Made by a program: the position numbers and the translations under genes. Below are positions 28,436 through 38,045 of a stretch of 64,000 nucleotides of DNA, in pieces. Origin of the DNA: Deltaproteobacteria bacterium (lineage in GTDB: Bacteria; Desulfobacterota; Binatia; Binatales; Binataceae); NCBI GenBank assembly GCA_003135135.1, contig PLDK01000007.1:2202-66201 (forward strand), given 5' to 3'. The notes under the pieces are model-generated. The model did no database searches and was not told the DNA's origin. It saw only the letters and a program-made list of their open reading frames with translations. Position 1 is the first letter of the stretch; every line of letters begins with the position of its first letter.

Positions 28436-29480
28436 ATGGGCCGCCGTAGTGTCGCCTGCATGCATAAGCTCGATCGCGTCATCTCGGTTGTTGCCTGCCG
28501 ATTCTGCAGTCGGGCGGTTCTGGAACTAGAGAACCTAGCCCTCCGTCACCAGCTGCACGTTCTTCGTCGCCAGCGACCGCGTCGGCCCCGCGTGTTTACG
28601 AGCGACCGCTTGCTCTGGGTCTGGCTCTACCGATTGTGGCCGCGCTGTCTGGAGGTGATGGTGTTGGTCAAGCCGGCCACCGTCATCCAATGGCACCGCC
28701 AGGGCCTTCCGCCTATTTTGGCGTTGGCGCTCGAGGTCCGGACGACCATCGGTAGATCGAGAAGTTCGTAGATTGATTCGGCAGATGGGCAGCGCCAACC
28801 CGCTCTGGGGAGCACCCCGGATCCACGGCGAGCTTCTCAAGCTCGGCATCGAGATCAGCTAAGCTACGGTCGCCAAGTACATGGTGCGAAAGCGTGGCGC
28901 GCCCTCCCCGACCTGGCGGAGCTTTCTTCGCAATCACGCCCACCGTATCGCCGCAATCGATATGTTCGTCGTGGCGTCTGTATCGTTTCGGCTGCTCTAC
29001 GTGATGGTCATCCTTGGCCACGATCGCAGGAAGATCATGCGCACAGCTGTCACCGAGTATCCGACCGCAGCCTTGCTCTCGCGCCAGATAACGCAAGTGT
29101 TCCCGTGAGACACTGCTCCGAGCTATCTGCTGCGCGATCGCAACGCGTCGTATGGTTCGGACTTCCGCAGCCGGGTCGAAGCGCTGGGCATCACGGAAGT
29201 CATCACGGCGCCACGCTCACCTTGGCAGAATGCTTACGTCGAGCGCGTGAGCGGTTCGATCCGTTGCGAGTGTCTGGATCACATTGTGATCTTCAACGAG
29301 CGCCATCTGCGCCGCGTCCTGTCCTCGTACATTGACTATTACCAACGCACCCGCACGCATCTGTCGCTCGACAAGAATTGCCCCGACTCACACCCGATTA
29401 TGCCACGCAAGATCGGAAGAGTCGTCGCCATCCCGAAAGTCCGGGGTCTGCTTCATCGCTACGACCGTCTCGCCGCCTGA
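28436..29480 (+). pseudogene. frameshifted rve-family IS transposase (diverged homologue of 855-1943)
   Basis: Four frame segments from the track (28436-28771, 28881-29108, 29105-29335, 29247-29480) together rebuild a homologue of the intact transposase (ENLALRHQLHVLRRQ; PRKIMRTAVTEYPTA; ERVSGSIRCECLDHIVIFNERHLRRVLSSYIDYYQRTRTHLSL). At least three frameshifts. Confidence 0.75.
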
Positions 29481-30313
29481 TTCGTCCCTGATTCCTGCTT
29501 ACCAATGGTTGCGCCGCGGCCGGTACGCGGTCGTCTGAGGATCTCTGGATCGGAGACTTTTCGATCTCGACCAGAGGCCGACCGTTTTGACGCTCTGATC
29601 GCTGCCCGATTCGCTTAAGCGCCTCAATTCCATAGCACTTCTCGCAGCCGCTCAAATTCCGGTTCAAATGGAGTTTTTAGTAGGAACAGCCCATCTATTA
29701 TGCCAATAACCCCATTAAGCCTTTCTAAGCTCGGCGAAAGCCATGTCTCGAAGAGAGATTTAGTGTCCCGCGATCGTTCAACGGGAGTGTAACAATATGT
29801 TACACCGCCCCTCTGTGAAGTCTGACGTGATGACTATGGCGTCTTCTTCCGGCAAGTGACCATTCCTGGTCAGACTTAGCCCTCAAACAGTCTAATGTTG
29901 GTTCCAACGATCCTGTTCCTCAATTGTCACCTTTCCTTGCTCGTGTCGGCCGTAACGAACTGCCCCGTGTGCCGAATCTGACCCGATGACCGGTATAACG
30001 TTATAAATTGCCTGAGTCTGCGAGCTCACAAGGTCTTTAACGTGGGATACGTTCTCGTGTGGAGCACGGCCTTAAGCTTAGGGATCCACCAAGTCTTTAA
30101 CTGTGTGCATCGACATCCACACCGATCGCTGTTCTTCAAAGAACGCTCATCTAGGTCCTCGCACCAGTCTCGCTCGTGCTTCTGGAGATGGCATACCTGA
30201 TGCTCTAGTCATTCTTTAACGGTCTGGGCTCTTCGAGTTGGCAGCCCGCAATTAAGACACTCGTCAGCCACAATGGTCATGCGGAGATCAACTCAGAGGG
30301 CAAGCAAATCTCT

Positions 30314-31684
30314 ATGGTTCAGAATTGCGAACAACTATCGAGCAAACATTTTATGACTTCGCTAAGCAAGAGGACCTTCGCAGACACAGTACCTTCGGAC
30401 TGGACGGCTCGAAGTCGGTCCTGGCGCTTATTGCTAATGACAGATGAACACCTGACTAGCGAATATACGTTGCCGCAGCTCGAGGAGGATGCACACTCTA
30501 GTCTCTCCTCTCATAAGAGTTGCACCTCTGCTAAAACCTCCAGTCACGGCGGGGCGGGCGTAGTTAGCGTTTGTCTAATCCTAGTGTTGACAGTGTCCTT
30601 AGGTGTGGGAAGGTGCGCGGCCAGCGAATCAAATCTGTTGAACCTCGTCACGGACTTTGGAGCGGATCCGAGCGGCACCAACGACAGTACTAAACAGCTC
30701 CAGGCCTTGTTTGATCAAATTCCAAACGGATGGCAAGGATATATTCCTGTAGGCACTTACAGAGTGTCGAGTGGTCTAACTATTAGCGGCAAAACAGCAA
30801 TAAGAATTGTAGGCGCGGCGGGCGGATCCTTCGGTTCTCCGGTTCTATCGTGGACGGGGGCTGCCGGAGGAACAGTGATCACGCTGGAGGGGACGAGTTA
30901 CTCTTCGTTAGAACACTTGTTCATCTTGGAATCCAACAGTGTCGGTATATGTATAGATACGGATACCAGCCCGTCTTCACACGATCGCTTCGAAGACATT
31001 CAATGTCGCGCTCCGTCGATCGCGGCCTTCCGGTTTGGCGGAATTAGCGGGCAAGACGGCGGCCATCACGTGCTTATCAACGACAACGTTCTGTGCGATG
31101 ACGAAGGCGGTGATGGCTTTCAGTTTCTCGACGCAGCCACGGTCTTCAACCGAATTGTTGCTGGCTCCGCCGATAATTGTAATCGGGCGCTCGAAATTGA
31201 GGCCGGCAGCGTAAGCGCGATCGGCCTGGACTTTGAATACCCCACGACGACCAACATTCACGTCACAAATGCGAATGCACCAATCGCTTTATACAGCGGT
31301 CAGACCGAATCAATGGTTAGCCTTGTGACTATTGATGGGCCTGCCAACGCACCGTTGCCGATATTAGTTAAAAATTGGCGATTGGCGATTCTGTCGGCTC
31401 CGGGTTTTGCAGTTCAGAATCAATCGCTCGGGCCATTGATCCTGGAAAACAATCTGTTCGAGTGCGATGGTTGTAACCCAGCTTCGCTAATCGGAACTGG
31501 AACTGCCTTCGCGTCGGGGTCCACTCTTCTGAGCCTCGGGAATGAGTACACGCTCGATCCGCTCTCAAGCCTGAACACTCCTTTCGGGCCGGGGCCCGAA
31601 CGCGTCATCTCTGTCGGCGACGTAGGCGTAAACGACCAGATTCCCGTGCAGCTCCCAACGATCATCGAAGGGCCCCAACTTTAA
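30314..31684 (+). CDS. secreted right-handed beta-helix protein (pectate-lyase-3 / tailspike-like), paralogue 1
   Basis: The PF12708-like N-terminal motif DFGADPSGTNDSTKQLQALFDQIP..YIPVGTYRVS is shared with the next two ORFs. The true start is probably internal (no Met before the hydrophobic signal-like segment VVSVCLILVLTVSLG), possibly GTG/TTG. Confidence 0.6.
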   Translation: MVQNCEQLSSKHFMTSLSKRTFADTVPSDWTARSRSWRLLLMTDEHLTSEYTLPQLEEDAHSSLSSHKSCTSAKTSSHGGAGVVSVCLILVLTVSLGVGRCAASESNLLNLVTDFGADPSGTNDSTKQLQALFDQIPNGWQGYIPVGTYRVSSGLTISGKTAIRIVGAAGGSFGSPVLSWTGAAGGTVITLEGTSYSSLEHLFILESNSVGICIDTDTSPSSHDRFEDIQCRAPSIAAFRFGGISGQDGGHHVLINDNVLCDDEGGDGFQFLDAATVFNRIVAGSADNCNRALEIEAGSVSAIGLDFEYPTTTNIHVTNANAPIALYSGQTESMVSLVTIDGPANAPLPILVKNWRLAILSAPGFAVQNQSLGPLILENNLFECDGCNPASLIGTGTAFASGSTLLSLGNEYTLDPLSSLNTPFGPGPERVISVGDVGVNDQIPVQLPTIIEGPQL

Positions 31685-31690
31685 ACGCCG

Positions 31691-33532
31691 ATGATAAGCT
31701 GGCGCAAAATGAACGTCGCGCTTTCTGTTCTATTTTGGGTTTCGCTTACGACGGCGCAGGCCGTAGCGGCAAACGCCGGAGCCGGGGTGTCAGGGAAGAA
31801 ACCGGACCGGGATAGTACCATCGAGCCGTCTTCCGAGATTTCTCCGACCCCAGTTCCGGGAATGTATGGAGATGAGACATACGGTCAGATTAACCTCGTC
31901 GCCGACCTGGGGGCGGACCCCACCGGCACAACGGACAGCACTGCAGCCGTACAAGGGTTTGTCTCGGCAATCAATAACGGATTTGGAGGCGTGATACCCC
32001 CGGGAACTTACTCCATCGCGAGTACTATCAACATACAAGGACGCAATTCGATCCGTTTTGCCGGTCTAGGTGGCGGAGTCATGGGGGCTACAATTTTTCG
32101 CTGGGATGGCACTTCGGGAGGCACTGTCTTTGCACTAAGTGGAGTGGCAGATTCGTACTTTCAGCACTTCGCCGTACAAGGGGGCTCCGGGAGCGTCGGT
32201 GTTTGCTTCGCTGCAACCAATGCAAGCTCTGATCGATTTGTCGACGTAGGATGCGAAGGATCTAGCGTTGCCGCGTTCCAGTTCAGTAATACGGGTGGAA
32301 CATACGGCTTCGACCGAATTGAACATTTCGACATCCACTGCTCTGGAGGAGACGGCATTCAGATTCTGAGCAGTTCGAGCGTAGGGCACGATTTCGTAGA
32401 TGGTACCATCGCCAATTGTGCCACTGGCGTGAACGCGACCAGCGGCGCCTTTTTATCCGAAAACCTCTCCTTCTCGAATAATACAACAGACGTGCACCTA
32501 GGCTCCCAGAATGGCTCAACGGGACTCTACACGCCGCAAAGCCTAGGCGCTGGTCAATTTCTTGCGGTCGATGCCACAGACGCTTTGCCTATTAAGATCG
32601 AGGGAGGCCAAATTTCGGCAGGTGCCAATCAAACCGTCATTAACGATGCCGGTTCCGGACCTTTGGTTCTATCGAATGACTGGTTTATTTCAACTTCTTC
32701 GCCTTCCAACTTACGGATCCTCGTGGGGCAATCGGCCGCTAGCGGTTCGGCGGTCTCAATTGGCTGCCTCTATCCAGGAAGTTTCCCACTAGCAGGGCAA
32801 GCGAGCATCAGTTCATTGGGTGACGTCAGTACTTCGCTCGGCCTGTTGCCGGTGGAATTAGGGGCCACAATAGTTCAAACGCCGACTGCCACTCCCAGGG
32901 TGACGATTATCGCCACGCCTTCAGCGACGGCTACTCCGACTGCAACGGCAACGGCTTCGGCAACTGCAACGTCAACAGCTATAGCAACCGCTACGGCGAC
33001 AGACACGCCGACAGCGACGGCCACGGCAACCCCAACGGCGACGCCCACGCCGACCGCGACTTCAACGGCGACTGCGACCTCGACCGCAACTACAACTCAG
33101 GCGGCAACTGCAACGGCAACCCCTAGAGCCACATCGACAACTACCGATACCTCTACGCCATCGGCGACGGCTACTCCAACGCCGACGCCGAGTCCGACGC
33201 CGACAATGACTCCGCAGGCTCTCACACTCCGGCCGACATCAATAACTTTCGGCGACACGGCCGTTAAAGCAAAGAGCGTCCGCGTGACGCTCATCGCGAC
33301 GAACACCGGCAGCGTTAAAATATGGTTAAAAAGGGCCCAAATTACAGGCGAGTTCCACCATTCAGGCAGTACTTGCGAAGGCGTTTTGCGTGCACATGAA
33401 CGGTGTACTTATCGGCTTCGTTTCTCACCGACCGCGGAGGGTCTTGGTCTCGGTAAGTTCTGGGTTGATAGCAGCGGCTCTGGTGGGTCCCAAACTGTTC
33501 CGCTGTCCGGAATTGGTCTACCGCAAAAGTGA
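31691..33532 (+). CDS. secreted beta-helix protein, paralogue 2, with a Thr/Ala/Pro-rich linker and a C-terminal Cys-containing beta-sandwich domain (choice-of-anchor-D-like)
   Basis: Signal peptide MISWRKMNVALSVLFWVSLTTAQA. Motif DLGADPTGTTDSTAAVQGFV. Low-complexity (TATP)n region about 32890-33230. C-terminus ..TNTGSVKIWLKRAQITGEFHHSGSTCEGVLRAHERCTYRLRFSPTAEG.. Confidence 0.65.
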   Translation: MISWRKMNVALSVLFWVSLTTAQAVAANAGAGVSGKKPDRDSTIEPSSEISPTPVPGMYGDETYGQINLVADLGADPTGTTDSTAAVQGFVSAINNGFGGVIPPGTYSIASTINIQGRNSIRFAGLGGGVMGATIFRWDGTSGGTVFALSGVADSYFQHFAVQGGSGSVGVCFAATNASSDRFVDVGCEGSSVAAFQFSNTGGTYGFDRIEHFDIHCSGGDGIQILSSSSVGHDFVDGTIANCATGVNATSGAFLSENLSFSNNTTDVHLGSQNGSTGLYTPQSLGAGQFLAVDATDALPIKIEGGQISAGANQTVINDAGSGPLVLSNDWFISTSSPSNLRILVGQSAASGSAVSIGCLYPGSFPLAGQASISSLGDVSTSLGLLPVELGATIVQTPTATPRVTIIATPSATATPTATATASATATSTAIATATATDTPTATATATPTATPTPTATSTATATSTATTTQAATATATPRATSTTTDTSTPSATATPTPTPSPTPTMTPQALTLRPTSITFGDTAVKAKSVRVTLIATNTGSVKIWLKRAQITGEFHHSGSTCEGVLRAHERCTYRLRFSPTAEGLGLGKFWVDSSGSGGSQTVPLSGIGLPQK

Positions 33533-33594
33533 ACATAACCAGCGCTAATTTAGATACAGTAGAGAGTAGCAGACCCTAGCCCCAGCAAAATATA

Positions 33595-34800
33595 GTGCTA
33601 AACAAGCGGAGGCAACTCTTGCTAACTTCAACTCGCAACCTTGCACATATTGGAACCACGCTATTGCGTATGCTAGTCGCCGTCACGACCTTGGTCATGC
33701 TCACGACTTCGGAAACAGCTTTGGCCGCTCAGACCCCAGGTGTCTATGACCTCATCAAGGACTTCGGTGCCGATCCAACTGGAGCCACCGACAGCACCGC
33801 AGCTGTACAATCTTTCTTCAACACTGTTGGCAGCGGGCAAGTGGGACTGATTCCTCAGGGGACTTATTCCATCACCTCGACGATCAACGTGTACCTCAAG
33901 TCTGGATTCAGAGTGAACGGTCTGGCGCCCGCTACGAGCGGACAGACAATATTTCGCTGGGACGGCCCGAGCGGCGGGGTCGTCTTTGCGCTTAACCAGG
34001 TTCAAATGTCCTACTTCAAGGATTTTTCCATAACAAGTGGTGCAGGCGCAATCGGAGTATGCATGGACACCGACAACATACCTCCACTAGTCCAGATATC
34101 TACCGATAACCGCTATGACGACATTTCGTGTAACGGTTCGACAATCGCGGGGTTCAGGTTTAGTCACCAATCTACCCAGAACAATGAGCTGCACGTTCTC
34201 ACGGATGTCTCTGTCCAATGCAGCGGTGGAAGGGGCCTCTCTATAGAAAACTGTGAATCCAAGTTCAATCTTGTCAGGAACGGCTCTTTTAGCAATTGTG
34301 ATGAGGGTATAGGCGTTGAAGGGGCTGGCAGTTTTCACGCATGGAATCCTAGATTTACGAATAACACAATAGATCTTCATGTGGGATCCCCTTGCGATAC
34401 AATCGCCCTGTACCACGCCGTCAGCGTAGGCTCTGGGCAGCTTGTGCTTACGGACGGTGCAACTGGGGCTCCGTGGCCGATCCTGGTAGAAAACGGCGAT
34501 TTCGATGTTAGCAGTATTCCAGCCGGAATAAATGGGATTCAGGATCTAACACCCGGCCCGCTGGTGTTGAAAAACAACAACTTCCATAGCAGCAACGTAA
34601 CAGCCGCCTCGAACTTCGTTGTCCTGGAGTCTACGTTTAGTCCAGGGGGAGGCTTGTCGTCTATGGGAAACATTTATCCCGCCGGCTCGCCCTTTCAAGT
34701 AAATGGTCAGCTTGTATCTGTCGGAGATATCTTCAATGGCGGCGGCGCTCAAGCGCCAGCCCCTATAGTCACCGGTACGATTCTTACCGTGCGACCTTAG
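33595..34800 (+). CDS. secreted beta-helix protein, paralogue 3
   Basis: Signal-like segment LRMLVAVTTLVMLTTSETALA. Motif DFGADPTGATDSTAAVQSFF..LIPQGTYSITSTINV. Ends ..VSVGDIFNGGGAQAP... Confidence 0.65.
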   Translation: MLNKRRQLLLTSTRNLAHIGTTLLRMLVAVTTLVMLTTSETALAAQTPGVYDLIKDFGADPTGATDSTAAVQSFFNTVGSGQVGLIPQGTYSITSTINVYLKSGFRVNGLAPATSGQTIFRWDGPSGGVVFALNQVQMSYFKDFSITSGAGAIGVCMDTDNIPPLVQISTDNRYDDISCNGSTIAGFRFSHQSTQNNELHVLTDVSVQCSGGRGLSIENCESKFNLVRNGSFSNCDEGIGVEGAGSFHAWNPRFTNNTIDLHVGSPCDTIALYHAVSVGSGQLVLTDGATGAPWPILVENGDFDVSSIPAGINGIQDLTPGPLVLKNNNFHSSNVTAASNFVVLESTFSPGGGLSSMGNIYPAGSPFQVNGQLVSVGDIFNGGGAQAPAPIVTGTILTVRP

Positions 34801-35013
34801 CCCGTGATTTGCTAGGCTTATTTCAGACGCAGAGAGAAGTCTGGGCAATAGGATACAGAGGAGCGAGCAGTATGGGGTAGTGGGCGGCTTTCAAACTCTG
34901 ATCCCTTGGCCGGCTTCAGAACGTCACCGATGGCTTGTCCTACCACGCTCACCGCGACCGGGGCGAAATATACCGCCCATGCTCGAGCGTGACCGCAGAC
35001 GCTTGGGAATCAC

Positions 35014-35600
35014 CTAAGTTTGAGGCAGGCGTCTTTCTGTTTGCGCTTCAATAAGCGACGGTTCGCCGGTCGGCGGATTTTCAAGCGGCAATACTAGAAG
35101 AGTCGCACGCGATCCTATCCGTTCACGCAATCGCGCAATGTCCATCTCGAACGAGCCAGCGGGCCAGCAATAGAGCAGGTCGCGTGGATCATCGCTGCGC
35201 GGGAGGCCGCTGGCGGCGTCAAAACCATAAATGGTAATGCCGACTCCAATGAGTCGTTCCCCTTCATCCGCATGGTCGTAAGGCACAGGAGGCCATGCCC
35301 CCCCGCCACGCCCATCTCAACGACCGTCATAGCGCAAGGCCCCAGCGCATGCGCCTGAACGGCCGCATGATAAACGCACCGTCCGTACCACGGTCGTTCA
35401 ATTGCCTCAACTTCGAGTCGCTGCAAGTAGCTGCCCAGTCGCAAGCGCTTGATATGCGCCGGGAAAGCTGCGCCCGGTATGCCTCTGGGTAAGTGAGCGC
35501 GCGGAACAAGCGACTCATCGACAATGCCCTCCTTGATGCCAGGCAACCGGTATCGTGCCGCCCCGATCGCCAATGCCGCGAACGGCACGTCAATCACTTG
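35014..35600 (-). pseudogene. TylF/MycF-like (Methyltransf_24) O-methyltransferase, apparently frameshifted
   Basis: Two overlapping minus-strand frames (track ORFs 35115-35843 and 35014-35286) carry successive TylF-like motifs (..AMTVVEMGVAGGHG.. then ..IYGFDAASGLP...LLVLPLE..). Their junction lies near 35250-35290. The 5' part of the longer track ORF overlaps the GT4 gene end and is not coding. Confidence 0.35.
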
Positions 35601-35619
35601 CGACTGTCCGCGCCAGCCG

Positions 35620-36846
35620 CTAATTCTCCATCGCGACGCTGGCCAGCACCGAGCCGAACCTGCCGGTAACTTTGATCCGATCGAACCGCAGCTCTGCCAG
35701 ACGGCGCGCCCGCACACCCATCTGCTTGAGGCGTTCCGGCGCATCGACCGCCTCGCGGATCGCGCCGATGAGACCATCGACGTCGCCCGGCCGTACGACA
35801 AAACCGACCGCGTCTTCGCGCGCGATTTGCGCAACCTCCGCACTCGCCTCCATCATTGCGATGAATGGCCGGCCTGCCGCCAGGATTCCGTATACCTTGC
35901 TCGGCACCAGGCATCCCGCCGCACCCGGCGCCAGCGGAATGAGATGGAGATCGGCGGCAGTCAGCGACTCGGCCAGATTCTCCAGCGGCTGATAGGGCAG
36001 GAAAATCACGTTGGGCAATCCCATCGAGCGCGCCCGTTCCTCGAGCCACTTTTTGCGCGCGCCTTCGCCGATCATTGCGAACAGAATGCGCTCGTCATCG
36101 CGCAGCCGGTCGGCGGCCTCGAGCACGGCCTCGAGTTGCTGCGAAAGTCCGATGTTGCCCGAATACATCACGACAAACTTTTCCCCGAAGTTGCGGCGCA
36201 GTGGATTGCTCTCGAGCGGACGGATGCGTTCGCAATCCACCCAATCCGGAACCACCACCACCTTGTCCGCCGGGACGCCCTTGTTGACGATTCGAGCCGC
36301 CATATCATGGCCGAGCGTCACGATCAGGTCGGCGCGCCGGTAGGCGTAGTCGTTGGCGCGCCGCAGCAACCCGAGCAGCAACGGGTTGCGCACTCCGCCG
36401 GTAGCTTCCGCGATATCTGGATAAAGATCCCGCACGTTGTAAATCAGCCTGCATCCCCAGCGCCGTTTCAGGACCGCCGCCAGCGCGCCGAGCAGCGGAG
36501 GATCGGTCTCGGCGACTATTACATCGGGGCGCGGCAGCCGCAATGCCACTACTGCCGCCAATAGGTAGTAGGTACCCAGATTGACTAATCGGCCGAGCAG
36601 GTTCGACTTTGACAATCCCGTCCCCCAGGTGCGAACGATCGAAACCTTGCCGCGTTGTTCGTGCGACCATAAACGAAAGCCCGCAGAACCCCTCTCACGC
36701 GACGGACCCGCCACGATTGTAACCTCGTGGTCGCGCGAAAGATCGTCGCAAAGTTCGGTCAGGAATTGACCGGTAGCTTCGCGGTCAGGCCAGAACGAAC
36801 GGTTTAAGAATAATACTCGCGTTTGACTAACCGGAATTGAACGCAT
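35620..36846 (-). CDS. GT4-family glycosyltransferase (WbuB-like)
   Basis: GT4 C-terminal Rossmann motifs (..VVMYSGNIGLSQQLEAVLEAA...IGEGARK...VIFLPYQP...ADLHLIP...PSKVYGILAAGRPFIA..). ATG at 36844-36846 (MRSIPVSQ). Confidence 0.8.
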   Translation of the reverse strand: MRSIPVSQTRVLFLNRSFWPDREATGQFLTELCDDLSRDHEVTIVAGPSRERGSAGFRLWSHEQRGKVSIVRTWGTGLSKSNLLGRLVNLGTYYLLAAVVALRLPRPDVIVAETDPPLLGALAAVLKRRWGCRLIYNVRDLYPDIAEATGGVRNPLLLGLLRRANDYAYRRADLIVTLGHDMAARIVNKGVPADKVVVVPDWVDCERIRPLESNPLRRNFGEKFVVMYSGNIGLSQQLEAVLEAADRLRDDERILFAMIGEGARKKWLEERARSMGLPNVIFLPYQPLENLAESLTAADLHLIPLAPGAAGCLVPSKVYGILAAGRPFIAMMEASAEVAQIAREDAVGFVVRPGDVDGLIGAIREAVDAPERLKQMGVRARRLAELRFDRIKVTGRFGSVLASVAMEN

Positions 36847-36916
36847 CCAGAAATCGCGCGCCGACTCTGATGGCGCCGGCGGAAAAGCATTTTGCTTTTC
36901 CGCGCCTGCCATAGGA

Positions 36917-37957
36917 TTACGATGCGGAGCCGCGGCGCGCCGCGCTCGATGGATTCTCCAGTGGGCCGAGTGATCCGGCCGCGACCCGATGATCGGCCGC
37001 GCGCACCTGCTGGTCGATCCAGAGATAGGTGCGTCTGAAACCTTCTTCCAGGCTTATCTCGGGCTCCCAATGGAGAACTTGGCGCAGCCGGGTGTTGTCG
37101 GAATTGCGGCCGCGCACGCCTTGCGGGCCTGGCACGTGCTTCTTGGTTATGCTGATCCCCGCCGCCACAGCGACAATATCGGCGAGTTGGTTAATAGTCA
37201 CGAGTCGATCCTGGCCAAGGTTGAGCGGCTCCCGATAATCCGAGCGCATCAACCGGTAGATGCCTTCCAGGCAATCATCGATGTAACAGAACGAGCGCGT
37301 CTGCTCGCCGTCGCCCCAGATCTCGATCTCGGATTGCCCGTTAAGCTTGGCGAGCGACACCTTACGACACAACGCGGCGGGCGCCTTCTCGCGACCGCCA
37401 TCCCAGGTGCCCAGCGGGCCAAAGATGTTATGGAAGCGCACGATGCGCGTCTCGAGCCCGTAATCTTCCCGGTAGTGAGTGCATAGGTGCTCGGTTATGA
37501 GCTTCTCCCAACCATAGGCGTCCTGCGGCTGCGCCGGGTAGGCGTCTTCTTCTTTGAGCGGTGTGACGTTCGGGTCGGTCTGCCTATACTCCGGGTAAAC
37601 GCAGGCGGACGAAGTGTACAGGTAGCGCTTCGCGCCATTCTCGCGCGCCGCGTCAATCGTGTGAATGTTAATCAACGAATTGTTGCGGAGAATCTCGGCG
37701 TGATGCGCCGAGATGAAACCCATTCCTCCCATGTCGGCGGCGAGTGCGTATACCTCGTCGATTCCATCGGTCGCCTTCAGGCAGTTTTCCCACCGGCGCA
37801 GGTCTAACAGCGCGAAGTCGTCGGCCGCGCTCGGCTCATATTCGGGGCGTTTCAGATCCGCGCCGCGCACCCAGTCGCCCTTTCTCTTGAGATAACTCAC
37901 CAGATGGTGACCGATGAAACCACCGGCGCCAGTGACCAGGACTCTCTTCATGAACAA
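36917..37957 (-). CDS. GDP-mannose 3,5-epimerase (GME-type SDR)
   Basis: Near-full-length similarity to plant GME: VTGAGGFIGHHL...LADMGGMGFI...YTSSACVYPE...QDAYGWEKL...RFHNIFGP.GTWDGGREKAPAALCRK...IWGDGEQTRSF..IDDC.EG...REPLNLG...PGPQGVRGRNSDN. A one-nt discrepancy between my indexing and the track at the 5' end is unresolved. Confidence 0.85.
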   Translation of the reverse strand: MFMKRVLVTGAGGFIGHHLVSYLKRKGDWVRGADLKRPEYEPSAADDFALLDLRRWENCLKATDGIDEVYALAADMGGMGFISAHHAEILRNNSLINIHTIDAARENGAKRYLYTSSACVYPEYRQTDPNVTPLKEEDAYPAQPQDAYGWEKLITEHLCTHYREDYGLETRIVRFHNIFGPLGTWDGGREKAPAALCRKVSLAKLNGQSEIEIWGDGEQTRSFCYIDDCLEGIYRLMRSDYREPLNLGQDRLVTINQLADIVAVAAGISITKKHVPGPQGVRGRNSDNTRLRQVLHWEPEISLEEGFRRTYLWIDQQVRAADHRVAAGSLGPLENPSSAARRGSAS

Positions 37958-38045
37958 CTCCTATGCTGGGTGTGCAAGACTAACCCAGCTTCGTGACTTG
38001 AAGTTATAGTTATGATGATACGCATCTTTCGGCCCGCGACGATAG

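Noticed and set aside
32890-33230. short tandem nucleotide repeats (gcaacggc/gacggc units) resembling a repeat array
   Set aside because: They lie in frame inside the 31691-33532 ORF and encode a Thr/Ala/Pro-rich linker. They are a low-complexity coding region, not a CRISPR or satellite array.
35115-35843. 242-aa minus-strand ORF
   Set aside because: Its 5' third overlaps the 3' end of the GT4 gene (35620-36846) in another frame. Only the 3' portion is coding, and it is better explained as part of a frameshifted TylF-like gene.
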